Shown here piece after piece: positions 11,370-26,132 of a DNA stretch of 64,000 bases. The stretch lies in NCBI RefSeq assembly GCF_009914755.1, contig NC_060934.1. One strand, written 5' to 3'. The position numbers and the translations under genes were made by a program. Source of the DNA: the human T2T-CHM13v2.0 reference genome, Homo sapiens. How positions within the stretch are numbered: the stretch's first letter is position 1; each line of letters starts with the position of its first letter. Under the pieces are notes generated by a model. It was not told the origin of the DNA, did not search any database, and was given only the letters and a program-made list of their open reading frames with translations.

Positions 11370-13948
11370 TAGTTTTCAGGGAAATATAAGATGCATGTAA
11401 ACATAAAATACAAAACAAAACCCAAATCTTACAGTCTAGAAGCATGCCAAGACAGAGCATTTTCTGCAGACCAAAGAGTCCCGTCAAAGTGATAAAGGAC
11501 ACCTGGAAAGTGGCAGGCCAAGGGGCTGGTCCCTTCCCCAAGGGCACTGCATTTTTGTGATGAGATTAAAAACAAACCAACTCCACTATTAAAAATGCTA
11601 GAAACATGGAGATAGTTTAGCACCACCATTGATTCTGGAAATATTTCAGCACTCAAATCGACTGCACTGAGTTTAATGTCCTTTCTCCAGTTTCTCTGCT
11701 GAGGAGGAAAGAAGGAAAACCTGGAGGAAGGGCTCCTCCTGACCCCACAGAGCCCACTAAGAGCTGGGAGGGGAATTCCATGAGGAATTCTCCAAGGTTC
11801 TGGAGCTCCAGAGACATCCACCAGTCCCCACCCAGCCATGCAGTCCACATGCTCACGCTTCAGGGATTACTGAAGTCTGCCTTGCCCGGGAGTCACTTCC
11901 TGCAGACCTCTGAGTACCTGGTGGGGAAACCCATTTCCCATCCTGTGTCTTGGATTTAAAGAAAACCTGTTGCAGATAATGAGTTGTAAATTCAAGGAGG
12001 GTGGCTGTTTTGCTGTTCTTTCTCTGCAGTAAACTCTTATGGGGAGTGTGCCTTGGTTATAAGGCAACGCAAAATGGTAGGGTATATCCATGGATGAATG
12101 TTCATCACACCCAATCTAATTCATACCAGGTGGCAGGCTCAGCAAACTGAACCACCACAGGTGTCAGAGATACTTGAGAATGACTGGTACCAACAAGACG
12201 ACAAAGGAGGTTGCCTTCCTCCCAGATGTGCCCAATGGAGTCTGAACTCTGGTTCTAATTTGTGGAGGTGGGTCCCTACTGTATGACCCATTGTGGTCAC
12301 TGCTCTTTGAGCCATACAACTTGAGAGACTGGCTTTGGATTGGACAGTCAAAGGGAAGTGGGCAAAACCAGCTGAGAACCCGGGAGCTGGATGCATATAT
12401 TCTGGAATCAGGGCCTGCAAACTCAAAGATTGGTTTGTGGCTGGTGACTTCTCTCTGCTAAGTAAATCAATGACCATTCATTGAGAACTGATGGGGACCC
12501 AGCGTGTGGCCCAATGAGTGGCAGTTTTTTCCTAGCCAGCTTCTGTGGCCAAATTTGGAGGATTTTCCAACCTGCTATGGCTGGACCCTTGGGTGTTAAA
12601 TCACTAAATTCCCTTTCTACCTGCTCTCTTCTTCCTGAAACACTCAGAGCTGACTTCTTCCTTCTTTCTAATCAACAAAGACAAAACTCCAAGCCCCTTT
12701 TCAGCCTTCACACAATTTTTCTTTCTAGAAGACATCCGCTTCTGGAAGCCTCCTTCCCTAATGAAGGGACAGTAGGCCCCAGCTACCCCAAACATGCACA
12801 TGCTCTTCTCACCAACGTGCCTCTCACTTGCCTCTAACGTGCTCGAGCCATCCTTTTGTTCTAAATAATTCTTCCTCCCTCCCTCCCTTTTTTCTCTTTC
12901 ACCTCTTGAGGCGCAGCCTATTGGCCAGGATGGAACTGGGAGCAAGGCGGGGACCTTCAGTGCAGGGGACCCCATTCTCTAAGGCCACTGAGTTCTAGGA
13001 CTGGAGTAGGAGAGGGTGCTGTTGTCAAGGTTAAGTGCAAACTTGAGATTTTAAAAAGACAGGATTGGGGAAGGGGGATTGCATGCTAATCCCAACCTTA
13101 TAGGCAGGCTGGGATCAAGACCTTGGAAGGTAGGGCTCTCCACCCAGTCTGTAAGCACCAGTGTGCCCACCTTATGGCCTGGGGACCCAGGTTTGCAGGA
13201 GGGAAGTTAACAGTGGGGCTGTTTTTCCCCAAAGCTGTGGGTCACTGATCCTGTCTTCTCACTGGCTCTGATCATGCAGCTTGGGAACCACAGAGACATG
13301 AGACTGCACCAAACAGGGCTGATGATTTAGCCAGAAACTCAGGAAGGTCTAGCACAGCCCTCCACACACTTCCCAGGAAGTGTTTGGTCTGGCCCTGCAG
13401 TTGGGACTAAACTTATATGCACCTGCAGGTCTTGTTGGGTGCACCGTGAGCAAGTTCTCACCCCAACCACCTGACCCACCCTCTGAAACAAGGACGAAAG
13501 GGCTGGCAGCTTTCATTATAAGGGGCTTCTCATACCCATGGCATGGCTGAGGGGTGGGAGTCAGCCTGCTCGATGACACGTCTGCAGGGGATGACCTAAC
13601 TGAACCAACTCAGTGTTTCTATTCCCAGTGGCATCTCTTTTGCACATCTTCATTTTGGAGCCTGGGATGACTGCCTAGGCCACTTATGCTAGACCTGTTA
13701 ATGCCAGTGTGAAATTTCCAACTAAATACTTAATAAAATAATTACAAAAAGAAAAAAAAATGACACATTGCACTCTCCAGCCAGAATGATGTGTGTGAAT
13801 GACACACTTGCTGCCAGAAGCTGTGAGTCCCTTGGGACCTGCCCATTGCCAAGGACTTGTTCAATGGAGACAGCTTGCCTGGTATTTTTTTTTCTCTAAC
13901 CCCATGTTATTTAGTTCAAGTGGGAAGTTACCAACACTTGCATACACA

Positions 13949-13950
<2 letters not shown>

Positions 13951-14022
<72 letters not shown>
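13951..14022. repeat. Compound (CA)~22(CT)~14 microsatellite in the SH3PXD2A 3'UTR
   Basis: Directly visible. Confidence 0.97.
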
Positions 14023-14026
<4 letters not shown>

Positions 14027-17000
14027 ACATGGCCCTCAAAAAAGTGAGGGAATCTTAATTATTTAGCAATGTGGACAGTTCTCTTCCCAGAGAGCTCTGC
14101 TTTGAGATTCTCAAAGACTAAATATCTAGATGGATATACGCCAAGGGAGAGACCCGCACAGGGCACAGTCCCATTCCAGGCACAGAGATCTGTGTCTGTG
14201 CAGAAATTCACCAAATAGGGGGTTGAAGTAGCAAGCATACAGTACTGGAGGTGGAGGGAACAAGCCACAGGGACGTCCCTGTCACCTTGAGGGGCAGAGC
14301 TCTGAGGCTCCAACCCAGAGGAAACTTCCCATTCTGTTGCTTTCTCTACCGGTGCTGAGGAAGGAGGCCAGATTGGTACCTGTTGTGGGAAGTTTTGTCT
14401 GCAGAGAAACTTGAATAGACCCCCCGACTCTTCCCGGAGCAGAATTTGTATGGACTCTCTGGGTGTGGAGCCCAGGCAGGGCTCACTTCTCAGGCTGAAG
14501 TCGCTGAGATGAATGGGCAGCCCAGGCTCAGCCCCAGGCCCTGCTGCAGGCTTGTGGGAATTGGTGTCTCACCAGGGTGTGCGCGGCTCAAGGTTCTCAC
14601 ATCCCCCAAAAAGATCTGGTGACTTCTAGGCTTCCTGCCTAGAAACTGAACTGAGGGCACCCAGTTTTAGAAAGATTCAAACATACACCAGAAGGATCAC
14701 AGCCCAAATATCAGGACACTGGGGTGAGAGAGGGCTGCTGGGAGTCATTTTTAGGCCAGGTCTCTCTGAGCAGCTGGCTGCACCACAACAGAAATCAAAA
14801 CAAGGAACAGCTCCCGAGGGCCTGCCTCTGCTCCAGGGACTGGGGCCTAGAGGTCAAGGGCCCCATGCCTGAATCCCTTTCTTCTGGGTGGATCTGGCAG
14901 GGACCCCTATCATCTTCCCAAAGAAGGGGGAGAGGAGAACGCCACAAGATCAAACTCCACCAACCCACCCACCTGTTCCACAGCTAGGATTCCTTCAGCA
15001 CCCTGCTCCCTGCCTCTTGCTCTCTGAGCGCCACTGGTATTCCCTCCATTGTCCCCAATGAGCCCTGGCATCCATCTTGGTAATATTGCACTTTTCCTGT
15101 CTCTCAGATTGTTTCCATTTTTGATTGAGAATGCAAGGTATTTGGAGGGGTAGGGGAAGTGAGTAACCTTAAAGAAATAATATATTAGTTAAATACAATA
15201 ACAGGAAAAATAGGGGTTATTTTATCTTTTTCCCCTTATTAAAAACAAGAACTACCAAACCAAGGTCTAAACTTAAATAGTCCTACACCTATTCTGCAAA
15301 CACTAGTAATAGGAAAATAATGCCTGACTGGAATTCCCTTGTCTTTTTTCCTTAGATGATAAAAGTAGTAACATGCCTTGCTGAGGAAAGCAATGGATAT
15401 AAATGCCTGTAAAATACGCTGCTCTAACATCTGAAAGTGATTAAAATGATTCTATATAATGCCTTCGTCAAGATGGAAAATCAAGGAGGAAGAAAGAGAA
15501 ACCTTTGGGGCCAGGCTTAGGGTAGACGGGGCTGAGGCCTGGCAAGACAGCCCGTCTACAGTCACTGGACATAGGGGAAACCCACAGGGCATGGGGCACA
15601 CCTGCTGCTCAGGGTTGCCCCTTTCCAGCTCTCTCTCACTGCCCCCAAAGTCCCATGGCCTGGTGAGAATAGTGAGGAGGAGAGGGGCAACACAGCCAGG
15701 TCTGCTGTCACAAAGAGGGATGAGGTGGGGGGAGATGACATTTTTTTCCCCTTGCAATAAAAGAAAAAGGTCTTGAAACGGAAAGGAAAACAAAGCACCA
15801 AATGCTGCATCTTCGGGCATTATATGAACCTCAATAATGACCTCAGAAGGGCTCATTATGGTTAAAGTTGCAGTATACAGCAATACAGTGTCGTTTCACA
15901 TTTTCAGTCGCAACTCATGGGAAACTAGGTTTGGACACTGCGGAGATTTTGTTTTTCTTTTTCCTTTTTTAGTCCGATCTGGTTTTCCTCCAGATGGGTC
16001 AGAGCCCTAGGCCCCCTCCCTCCTCTGCCTGCTGCGGGCAGTATCCTTCAGCATCACAAAGCAGCTCAGTAGCTCAAGGGAAAGGCCCTCTCGCCCTGGC
16101 TAGGGCTAGGAGGCCAGGCGCACAAGGCCTGGTACCCCCTGGCCATGTCGGAGAAGGACTGGCATGCACCCTTCTTGCTTCAAGTATTAATATTCTCTTT
16201 GGGTTTGCAGGGTTTGTGCTGTGAGTTAGGGGGTGAGGGGGCGAGGTGCGAAGACTGGGGCATGGCAATCCCTGTTCACTGCCCAAATCTACATGCTGTC
16301 ACCAGATGGCAGCATTCCCCACTTTTCCTGGATGCCTGAGCAACTCCCAGCCATCCTTGGGGCTGGATGTCACAATGTAAACATGACCACACAATAAACT
16401 ATAATGGCAGTGAGGAGGAGCACGGGATTAATGTAGTGGGGAGATCTGTCATTAACTAGCTGTGGGATTTTGGAAAAGTTGTTTCCTGTCCTTGGGCCGC
16501 AGTAACAGGAAGGGATGGGATAGAGACCTCTGAGGTCTCTTTCAGTCCTGCATTTTAGTGACTCTATTACTTACAGCACTGGGGGTCAAGGAGAGGGGGT
16601 CCTTGGGGGGGGCTGGGAGAATGTGGGGGGCAGTGCAGGTGGTGGGGAAGGGCAGGAAAGGCAGGCTCTCGGGAGCACTGTGGTCCAGTCCAACTGAGAT
16701 GCTCTGTGCTTGGCAGACATGCTCTGCACTCCCTCCTGGCCTGGCTGGCGCACTAGTGACTGAACTGGCTCAGTGCAGACATCTGAGGAGCGAGGCTGCA
16801 GGGCCCTCCCCCTGGAAGATAGCTACATTGAAGGTTCTTTACCTGACAGTCACTCTACTTTTAAATTTTATTTTAAATAGTCATAAATTACTTTTTTTCT
16901 CTTAATAAATATGTGCTGTTTAAAAATGAGAAAAGTATATACTGCATCTTTAAGTAATGCACTTTGCTCTCTGGGTTTTTTCCATTCTACCTTATTTAAA

Positions 17001-19150
17001 GTGCATTAATTAAAAAATAATGAACCACTTCTTTATCATTATTGTTCAAATAAGTACAAATAATATTAACATGAAGACACTAAACCACTACCATTAGTAC
17101 TGCAATCTAGCAGATTAACTCAACATCCTGCTCTATTTAATACTGTCCAGCAGAAGAAAATAACTAATTTCAATTTTAAACAAACTCACAAAACAAAAGG
17201 AAACAAAACAATCTCACCACAGGCCTTCGACAAAGAACACGAGCCATTTGCTCTAGCTGCCAGGCATCAGTGTATGGCGAGGGACAGGGGCTTAGGGTTG
17301 CCCAGGCAAGGCCTCTGGGATGGGGTGTGGTGGGGTAGGGTAGGGGTGGGGGTGGGTTTTGAAGGCACTGAGACACTGGGTCCCATGCTGCCCTGCCTGG
17401 GTGGGGAGCAGGGTGAGGGAGGGCCTTTCCTCCTCTATAGAAAACACCAACCCCCAGTCCAGGGACCCTGGCAGCTGAATCGGTGGCTGTGAGGCCCAAT
17501 CTGTCCGAAATCAAAGGCACGTGTGGAAATCCACTCCCAGCGAAGGGGGAGTCCTTGGGGGAAGCCGGCTGGGCTTCTGGAGGGTCCCCTCTGAAATGTC
17601 AACAATTGAAAAACACAACCCAAAGGTGACAGAGGACCTACAGGGAACTTTATTCTCTCGCTTCTGTCTTCACTGGGGCACTGACCCTCGGGAAGACCAG
17701 GTTGGCTCCTGGCACAGGGATCCTCCATCTTCTTGGGCACCTGTGGCATTGCCAGCAGGCCAGAGGGGGTGGCTGGCGGTGTTGGCTCCAGTCTGACCCA
17801 AGGGGCCAGCCGGGTCCCCCCTCTGCCCATAGTGGGGACAATGGCTGCTTCTCCATGCTTCATACGTAAGGCTTCCAGCCCTGCCCAGCTGGGGAACACA
17901 CGCAGAATGGCGGTCACCCAGCAGGCTGGGAGCTGCCTTCTCTCCAAAAGTCTGGCTCCTGAACACCCTCCTCCTTCCTGGGGAGGGTTTTTGCCCCTCT
18001 GAGGTTGTGCAGGAACCAGAAGAACAGTTTCTCTGCTTCACCATGTCTGCAACCTGGGGCTTGCCTAGCCCCAAATTTTTCTGGCAGGCGCCAAGCTCCA
18101 GCACAGTCCACACAGTGGAAACCAAATGAAACGACTTTGGCTTGTGGAGGGGGAAGAATGTGAAACAAAAACAAAAGCAAAATCACCCGCCCACAAGATA
18201 CAACAGAAACCCCATCCACTACCCATCCCCTTCCCATGTGAGGCCGACCACCCAGGCCCCCAAACAACCCCTAAAATAAGACGCAAACCAAAGGCCTGAC
18301 ATATAAGCCCCAAATCAACAAACCTCTCCCGAAACATGCAAAGGAACTGCCCGCCCAGAAATACCCAAAATAGTCTGTGCAGATTAGGAAGAGACCGGTG
18401 GCTTCGCCCACCCTCTCTGTAAACTCTGGTACTGTGTCCTCCATGGGGTGCCCCACGGAGAGCGGGCTCTCTTCTCAAGGCCAAGACAGTGACAGTTATG
18501 AAAGATGGTCTTTGCTGGCACCTGGGAACTGCTTTTTCTTCAACTAACAGTGACAATGGCCTGGCCCAGAAGCAGGCTTGAGCTCAGAAGACACCCCCAA
18601 GCCTGAAAGCCAGTGGTGGCTTCTAATGTACCCACCTGTGGTAGGCGTGGCAATGCCCAGGAAACCAGCACAATTCACAAATACAGCTTAGGACAATACC
18701 AGGGATACCTGGGGTGGCAAGATGCCAGCAATCAAAACTGGGCCAAGCAGGGGCAGGACACTGGAGGCCCCCATGACCTTGTCTTTTCCAGATCTGTAGC
18801 AAAGGCACAACTGGGGTCTCCCACATGGCCTGTCCCAGATGGCATGTAATCCATTGGTGAAGTCCCTATGGTGCACAGGATATCTCAGCTTTCTTGGCTC
18901 TGGGTCCCAGGCCTGGGACTCCCTGGTCCATTCCCTTCCTCACTCAGTGTGGGCACCCCCATCCCCTACCTTCCAGCTGTGGGATGGCTTGGACAGGGGG
19001 CATCTTTGAGGTCACCCATTCTGCAGTGTTGAATGTTGTCCACCCCCCACCCCCCACCCCCATTTTTTCCTTTCCCTTTTGTTCGTCTCACCGCTCATCC
19101 AGTGGGCGGCCAGAGAGGCACACTGAGGCTGGAAGAGCCCAGGCCCTCTG

Positions 19151-21124
19151 CTAGTTCTTTTTCTCAAGGTAGTTGGAAGGCACCCAGCCTTTGAAGGGCT
19201 TCACACCATCCAGGATCTGGCAGTACCACCAGCCATTAGGGTTCCTCTCCAGAACCTCCATGGACACCCCCTCCTGGAAGCCTGCTGTCTCCTCATCCCC
19301 CTCGTAGTCTGCGATAGAGACGTACACATCTTTGAGGTTATTGTGGATGAACTGAGACTTCTCGATGGGCTTGGGGCGCACAGGGGACACGGGGATGCTG
19401 TTGCGCTGGGCGGGCAGTAGGGGTGAGTCTGAACCCTGGCTGGCAGCCCGTTCGGCCAGGCGGCCCTTGGCCTCGGCGGCAGCGGAGCGAGCAGTGCTAA
19501 AGGAGGAGTTCCGTCGGACGCCTCGGAGGCCATCAGTGGCCGTGAGTGACTCATTCCTCCGCAGGGCGCAGGACAGGTTGTTGTCCTTGGGTGGCGGGGA
19601 CACAAACACCGACTGGGGCCTGACCGCCACCTGCCGCACTCCGTTCCTCATCTTCACCGCTGGAGTGCCTGAGGTCTTGCCGAAGCCCCCGGGAGGTTTG
19701 GAGGGGATGGGGGGCGTGGCCTTCTTGCTCTGGTTGACGGTGTTCAGTGCTTGGACGCGCCTCTCGATCTTCTCCAGGCTGTCTGACTTGCCTTCGTTCT
19801 GCCTGCCCTTGGCGGGCACTGTGTCCAGCTCTTTGCCAGAGGGGTCAGGTTGCTCGTTCTCATCCAGCACCAAATAGTGGGAAGGGGCCCAGCCCTCCAG
19901 CTCCCCAAACCTCACATACCACCACCCGCTCTCCTGCTTCTCCAGCACCTGCACCTCCACGCCCGCGGGGAAGCTGATCTCCGAGTCCTGGACCTTCTGG
20001 TAGGCGCTGCATGTCATGTACGAGGTGGCTGGCCCTTCCCATTCCTTCTTGGTGGGACATGGGGGAGTGGTGGCTGGGAGGGTGATGAGGTCGGATGAGC
20101 TTCTCCTAGACCCCTCACTGGGAGCCTCGGAGGCCGTCTGCGGGGGCAGCTCCGAATCCTCACTCTTGGAGCCCTTGAGCCCTCCACGGAGCTGGCCTGT
20201 GGGTCTCAGCTGGCGCCGTAAAGTGCTGATGTCCATCTTCTCTTGGCTCTGCGACTCTGCTCGGTTTAGGAATGGCTTGGGCCGGACCGATGGCTTGGCC
20301 CGGGGACAGGAGGTCAGCCCAGCGTTCGCATCAGCATCCTTCTTTGCCCTGACCTTGGGAGTGCCGCGGATGCCTGCGTCCGAAGCAGAGCGGGGCTTCA
20401 GGTCGCCACTGGTTTTGGACAAGGAAGAGGAGGAGGAGGAAGAGGAGGAGCAGCAAGTGGTGTTGATGGTGATGGATGAGGAAAAGGAGGCTGAGGAGTG
20501 GTTCTTCCCCATTTCTGCCTGGGCATTCTTCTCTGCCTTGAGCTTTAGGAGTGATGATGACTTGGGGGAGCCTGATTTGGGGGAGTTTTTCCTGGTCAGG
20601 GACAGCGAGGAGCTGCCTGGGGAGTCGCTGTCCCCGGAGGAGCCTCTGGCTGACAGGGTGTCCTCTGCATATGGCCGGAAGCCCTCATTCTCATAGATGG
20701 TCTCCTCTTCCAGGGCCACATCCTCTGAAGACTCACCCACCTTGAAGCGGGCCCGCTGCAGAGAAGAGGCCGGCGAGGGCCGGTGGGGCTGGGCAGGCCG
20801 CCTCTCCCCTGAGGCTCTGTCCTCCACGGGCTCCTCGCTCAGCTCAGGCTCTGAGTCAAAGCCGAACGCAGGGATGTCATACTCAGGCTCCTCATACTTG
20901 AGCTTCCGCGGGGAGTCCTGGCTCTCACTGGCCCCCGTAGGGCCCTCCTCGGCCTCCTTGGGCTTGCTGGGGGGTGCTGGCGGGGGCACCTTGGGCCGGG
21001 TCAGCGTGCTTGTGCGGCGGCTCAGGTTGGGCTTCTTGCGCTTATCGATGTATGATGCGGGGGCCCAGCCCTCCTTCTCACCGATCTGCACGTACCACCA
21101 GCCACCTGAGTTCTTATCAATGAC
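19151..21124 (-). CDS. SH3PXD2A: SH3PXD2A/TKS5 terminal coding exon (657 aa): end of SH3-3, Pro-rich region, YDIP and YENE tyrosine motifs, SH3-4, SH3-5
   Basis: gtaccccag|GTC acceptor (phase 0). SH3 motifs GWWYVQ..EGWAPASY, GWWYVR..EGWAPSHY and GWWYCQ..KGWVPSNYL; ends LEKKN*. Confidence 0.97.
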   Translation of the reverse strand, partial: VIDKNSGGWWYVQIGEKEGWAPASYIDKRKKPNLSRRTSTLTRPKVPPPAPPSKPKEAEEGPTGASESQDSPRKLKYEEPEYDIPAFGFDSEPELSEEPVEDRASGERRPAQPHRPSPASSLQRARFKVGESSEDVALEEETIYENEGFRPYAEDTLSARGSSGDSDSPGSSSLSLTRKNSPKSGSPKSSSLLKLKAEKNAQAEMGKNHSSASFSSSITINTTCCSSSSSSSSSLSKTSGDLKPRSASDAGIRGTPKVRAKKDADANAGLTSCPRAKPSVRPKPFLNRAESQSQEKMDISTLRRQLRPTGQLRGGLKGSKSEDSELPPQTASEAPSEGSRRSSSDLITLPATTPPCPTKKEWEGPATSYMTCSAYQKVQDSEISFPAGVEVQVLEKQESGWWYVRFGELEGWAPSHYLVLDENEQPDPSGKELDTVPAKGRQNEGKSDSLEKIERRVQALNTVNQSKKATPPIPSKPPGGFGKTSGTPAVKMRNGVRQVAVRPQSVFVSPPPKDNNLSCALRRNESLTATDGLRGVRRNSSFSTARSAAAEAKGRLAERAASQGSDSPLLPAQRNSIPVSPVRPKPIEKSQFIHNNLKDVYVSIADYEGDEETAGFQEGVSMEVLERNPNGWWYCQILDGVKPFKGWVPSNYLEKKN

Positions 21125-23132
21125 CTGGGGTACGAGTGCAGACAAGCCAGTGAGTTGGGAGGATCTGGAACCCTATGACATCCCAAGGTAGGAGTATCAT
21201 ACTTTGGCTCTGGGATAAATTATCTCCATTTTACAGATAATAAACCGAGCCACTGAGTAAGTGGCCCAAAACCCAATATAGTAAATAATGCACCAGAATT
21301 CAAACCTAGGTCTCTATCATCTCATGGTTGGTGGGTTCCCACTTGCCAAGTTCCCTCCCTGATCCTCCATGTCTGTGTTAACAGCCGGGTTGAGCTGGCC
21401 CACTCTGCCTCCCCCTAAACTGCACTGTTCCCAGTCCCTACAATCCTGCCAGTAGACTAAGGACACGTATGAAGAAAACACTGCCCTTCTGCTGCCCCTT
21501 CCCTCCTCGTACCCTCGATGTTGCTAGGTCCTCCCTTTGAGTTCCTTGAAAGGGTCTCTAGGGTCAGAAGAGTATGGGAAGATGCAGATGAAGTGACCTG
21601 GGAGGTACAGGCCCGAGGCCAGAGCCTCTCTGCAGAGCCTTTCCCCAGGATCCACCCGCTGTGGTCATCTTACTGGAATCCCACTGAAATCCCACTAGCT
21701 GAAGAGATTTCTTTGGGTTGATTGGTTTCCTGTAGGAAGGGCAGGGGGCTTTCAGTCATTTCCATGTTAGTATAAACTGGTTTAAGGAGCTTCTTCCTTA
21801 ACTTCTGGAGATCAACCAATGGCCAAAAGTGTGGCTGCTGGTTGTGCTGGGGTCCATTTGGACTGGGGAACATAAAGGGCAGATAACTGGGGATTGTGGG
21901 ACACTCCTGGAGGAAAAGGTCCTGGGGTGGGGAAGGGGTAGCGTGAAAACACTGGCACTATGGGAAGAGGGCCAAGGAGGGAGGGAAAGGTGAAGAATGC
22001 AAAGGCAAGAAGAGACCAGTCCTCTGCATCCCCCACTAGAAGAGAAAGATTTTCTCCTTCTTTGGGTCCTACATTCTGTCCTTCACCCTGCCCCAGCCCT
22101 GTACCTACAGTTCAAGCACAGGTGGCTCCTGAGCCTGACAGTTCTGCCACATTATGCTCTTTACAGACTCTCCTGGAAACCTCAGTACAGAGAGAATGAT
22201 TTTTCTTGGAAATTTAGTTGCAAGTTCCAGGCATGTGATTTAAAACATTCACATTGGGAATGTCACTGCTTTAGAGGCAGAGACTGCCCAATGAGTCTGA
22301 CAGGTTCACTTGTATTAGATGGAGTTAACTCAATTACTACACAAAGCCACTCAGAGAATTGACTAAGTTACAGCTCTTCTCTGCTGCCGGGAATACCATG
22401 CTCAGCCCCAGCCACAAAATAGAGTGGCATGAATGCTGGAAGACATGCTGGGGGGTGGAGGGGCGTCCCAGGATCTATCACCCTGTTTTGCAGAGAGAAA
22501 TGCTTAAAGTTGGGGGTGGCGGGTGAGAGAAGTGACTGCATCAAAGGCCAGGGGTCATGTGGTGTGGACTTGGCCAGAGCCCAGGTCCCCAGTATCTCAG
22601 TCTACCTGCCTGGTCCACATCCTCCTAACAACACTTCCTGATGTGGCTTCTGCAGGATCCTGGCCCTGAGATGTTCCTGGGAGAGAAAGCTTGTGGGGTT
22701 GGGCAATGCTGTCTATTCTAGACCCCTTGTAGGTGACACTCCCAGTGACATCCTTGTATCCTAGGCTCTGGGAAGCCCTGCAATTAAAACAACAAATGGG
22801 TTGGATTTTGTTTAATCCACTGTCCTGCAAGCTCATTTGACCAAAGAAGCCCTTTGTTTCAAGGCCCCCCTGTCACAAGCTCCTGCACATGCTCTGGGAA
22901 ATGTTGTGAGACAAGCCCTGTGAGCTCAGGGTGGAGCGTGAGAGCTGGGATCTAGTTTAGGCCGTGGCACTGGCCAGCGCCAGGCAGATGCTCATCTTTG
23001 TGGGGCTCATTTCTGTACCTTTCCTGCCTGCCTGCCCCTCAGGAATCTTACTAGCAAGGCCTAAAATGGGAAATGCAGTAGGTTTTCCACCACAATGAGT
23101 TAAAACCCTCGGCCTCATGGCCCAAGGCTTAC

Positions 23133-23252
23133 CTCTGCCTTCTGTCCACCCCGAAAGCTGATGCCATCGGAAATGCACGACTGGAATTCGGCAATGGTGT
23201 AGTACTCCACCTCAACAGAAGGGGGCTCTGGTGGCTTTGGCAGTTGGAACCC
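23133..23252 (-). CDS. SH3PXD2A: SH3PXD2A coding exon (120 nt), start of SH3-3; not in the ORF track
   Basis: ccttag|GGG...GAG|gtaagc. [40 protein letters not shown] joins VIDKNS in frame. Confidence 0.96.
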
Positions 23253-23512
23253 CTAAGGTTAAGGAACACACAGTGGGCAAAACCCGCCTAAATCAGAAGA
23301 GTAACTTGGCCAAGGGTTGGTCCCCACTCAGTCCCCAGGGGGTGCGGATGGCCGTTTACACCAGCTGGACAGCAGCTGGCCTGAGTACGTATCTATCATG
23401 GGAGTCTCAGGGTATATATCGCCAGGGGACTACTCTGATGAGGCTTTCTAATAATACTCAGGACTCACGGAAGACTTGTCTGAGCTATCAAAATTCTCAC
23501 ATTACTATTACT

Positions 23513-23558
<46 letters not shown>
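23513..23558. repeat. (ATC)~15 trinucleotide repeat at the tail of the antisense AluJ
   Basis: Directly visible. Confidence 0.96.
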
Positions 23559-23559
<1 letters not shown>

Positions 23560-23565
23560 TACTCT

Positions 23566-25534
<1,969 letters not shown>

Positions 25535-25779
25535 GAACACAGGACAGAGGCAGACCCACCAGCAGGGAGAACACCACGTGAAGCCTGGAGTCAGGCTTCC
25601 GGAGTCCCGGAAGCCGGGAGAGAGGCGGGGAACAGGTCCTCCTCCCACGCCTTCCCAGGGAACGCGGCCCTGTCGGCACCCTGATCTCCTCGCCCCTAGA
25701 ACTGGGAGACAACACGTTTCTGCTGTTAAGCCACCCAGTGTGTGGTACTTTGTTACAGCAGCCCCCAAAAATAAAGACA
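25535..25779 (+). mobile_element. 3' part of an MLT1 (MaLR) LTR, probably transduced by the SVA
   Basis: MLT1-like end agaactgggagac...ttctgctgttaagccacccagtgtgtggtactttgttacagcagccc...gaca, bracketed by poly(A) runs. Confidence 0.75.
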
Positions 25780-25816
25780 CCATTCCATGTCAAGAAAAAA
25801 AAAAAAAAAAAAAAAA

Positions 25817-26000
25817 GAAAAATTGTGTTGGGATTTAAATTAGAATTTCATCGAATTTACAGATTAGGGATAAAATTGAATAATACCGAGTCTTCTCATC
25901 CATAAATGTACCTTATTTCCATTCTGCCAGGCCTTCAATTCATTTTTGTGATTTTTCTTCATCAAAATATTGCACATTTTAATTAAATTATTCTATTCTT
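25817..26000 (-). mobile_element. Old L1M fragment (antisense)
   Basis: gttgggattt...gaatttacagatta...gagtcttctcatccataaa resembles antisense L1M ORF2. Confidence 0.55.
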
Positions 26001-26028
26001 TAAAAAAAAAAAAAAAAGAGAAAAAAAC

Positions 26029-26132
26029 TAGAGACAGGGTTTTGCCTGGTCTCAAACTCCTGGGCTCAAGCAATCCTCCTGCCTCAGCCTCCCAAAGTGC
26101 TGGAATTACAGGCATAAGCCACTGTGCCCAGC
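26029..26132 (-). mobile_element. Alu left monomer (FLAM/AluJ-like)
   Basis: tagagacaggg...ctcctgggctcaagcaatcctcctgcctcagcctcccaaagtgctgg...gcccagc. Confidence 0.85.

Larger units (their letters stand above)
11342..19150 (-). other. SH3PXD2A: SH3PXD2A long 3'UTR (~7.8 kb; end approximate)
   Basis: Alu-free stretch between the stop codon and the distal AATAAA, with AU-rich blocks and multiple miRNA 8mer seed matches. Confidence 0.8.

Noticed and set aside
11429-18556. ORFs of 110-170 aa within the SH3PXD2A 3'UTR
   Set aside because: No domains or coding-like composition; many start at non-ATG codons.
19365-21191. + strand ORFs of 170, 226 and 164 aa
   Set aside because: Antisense shadows of the TKS5 terminal exon.
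25817-26027. Possible second transduced segment (ATTAAA at 25982 followed by an A-run)
   Set aside because: The segment looks like a resident L1M relic and the A-run abuts the tail position of the antisense Alu monomer, so the evidence is insufficient. The same BLAT/orthologue test would settle it.
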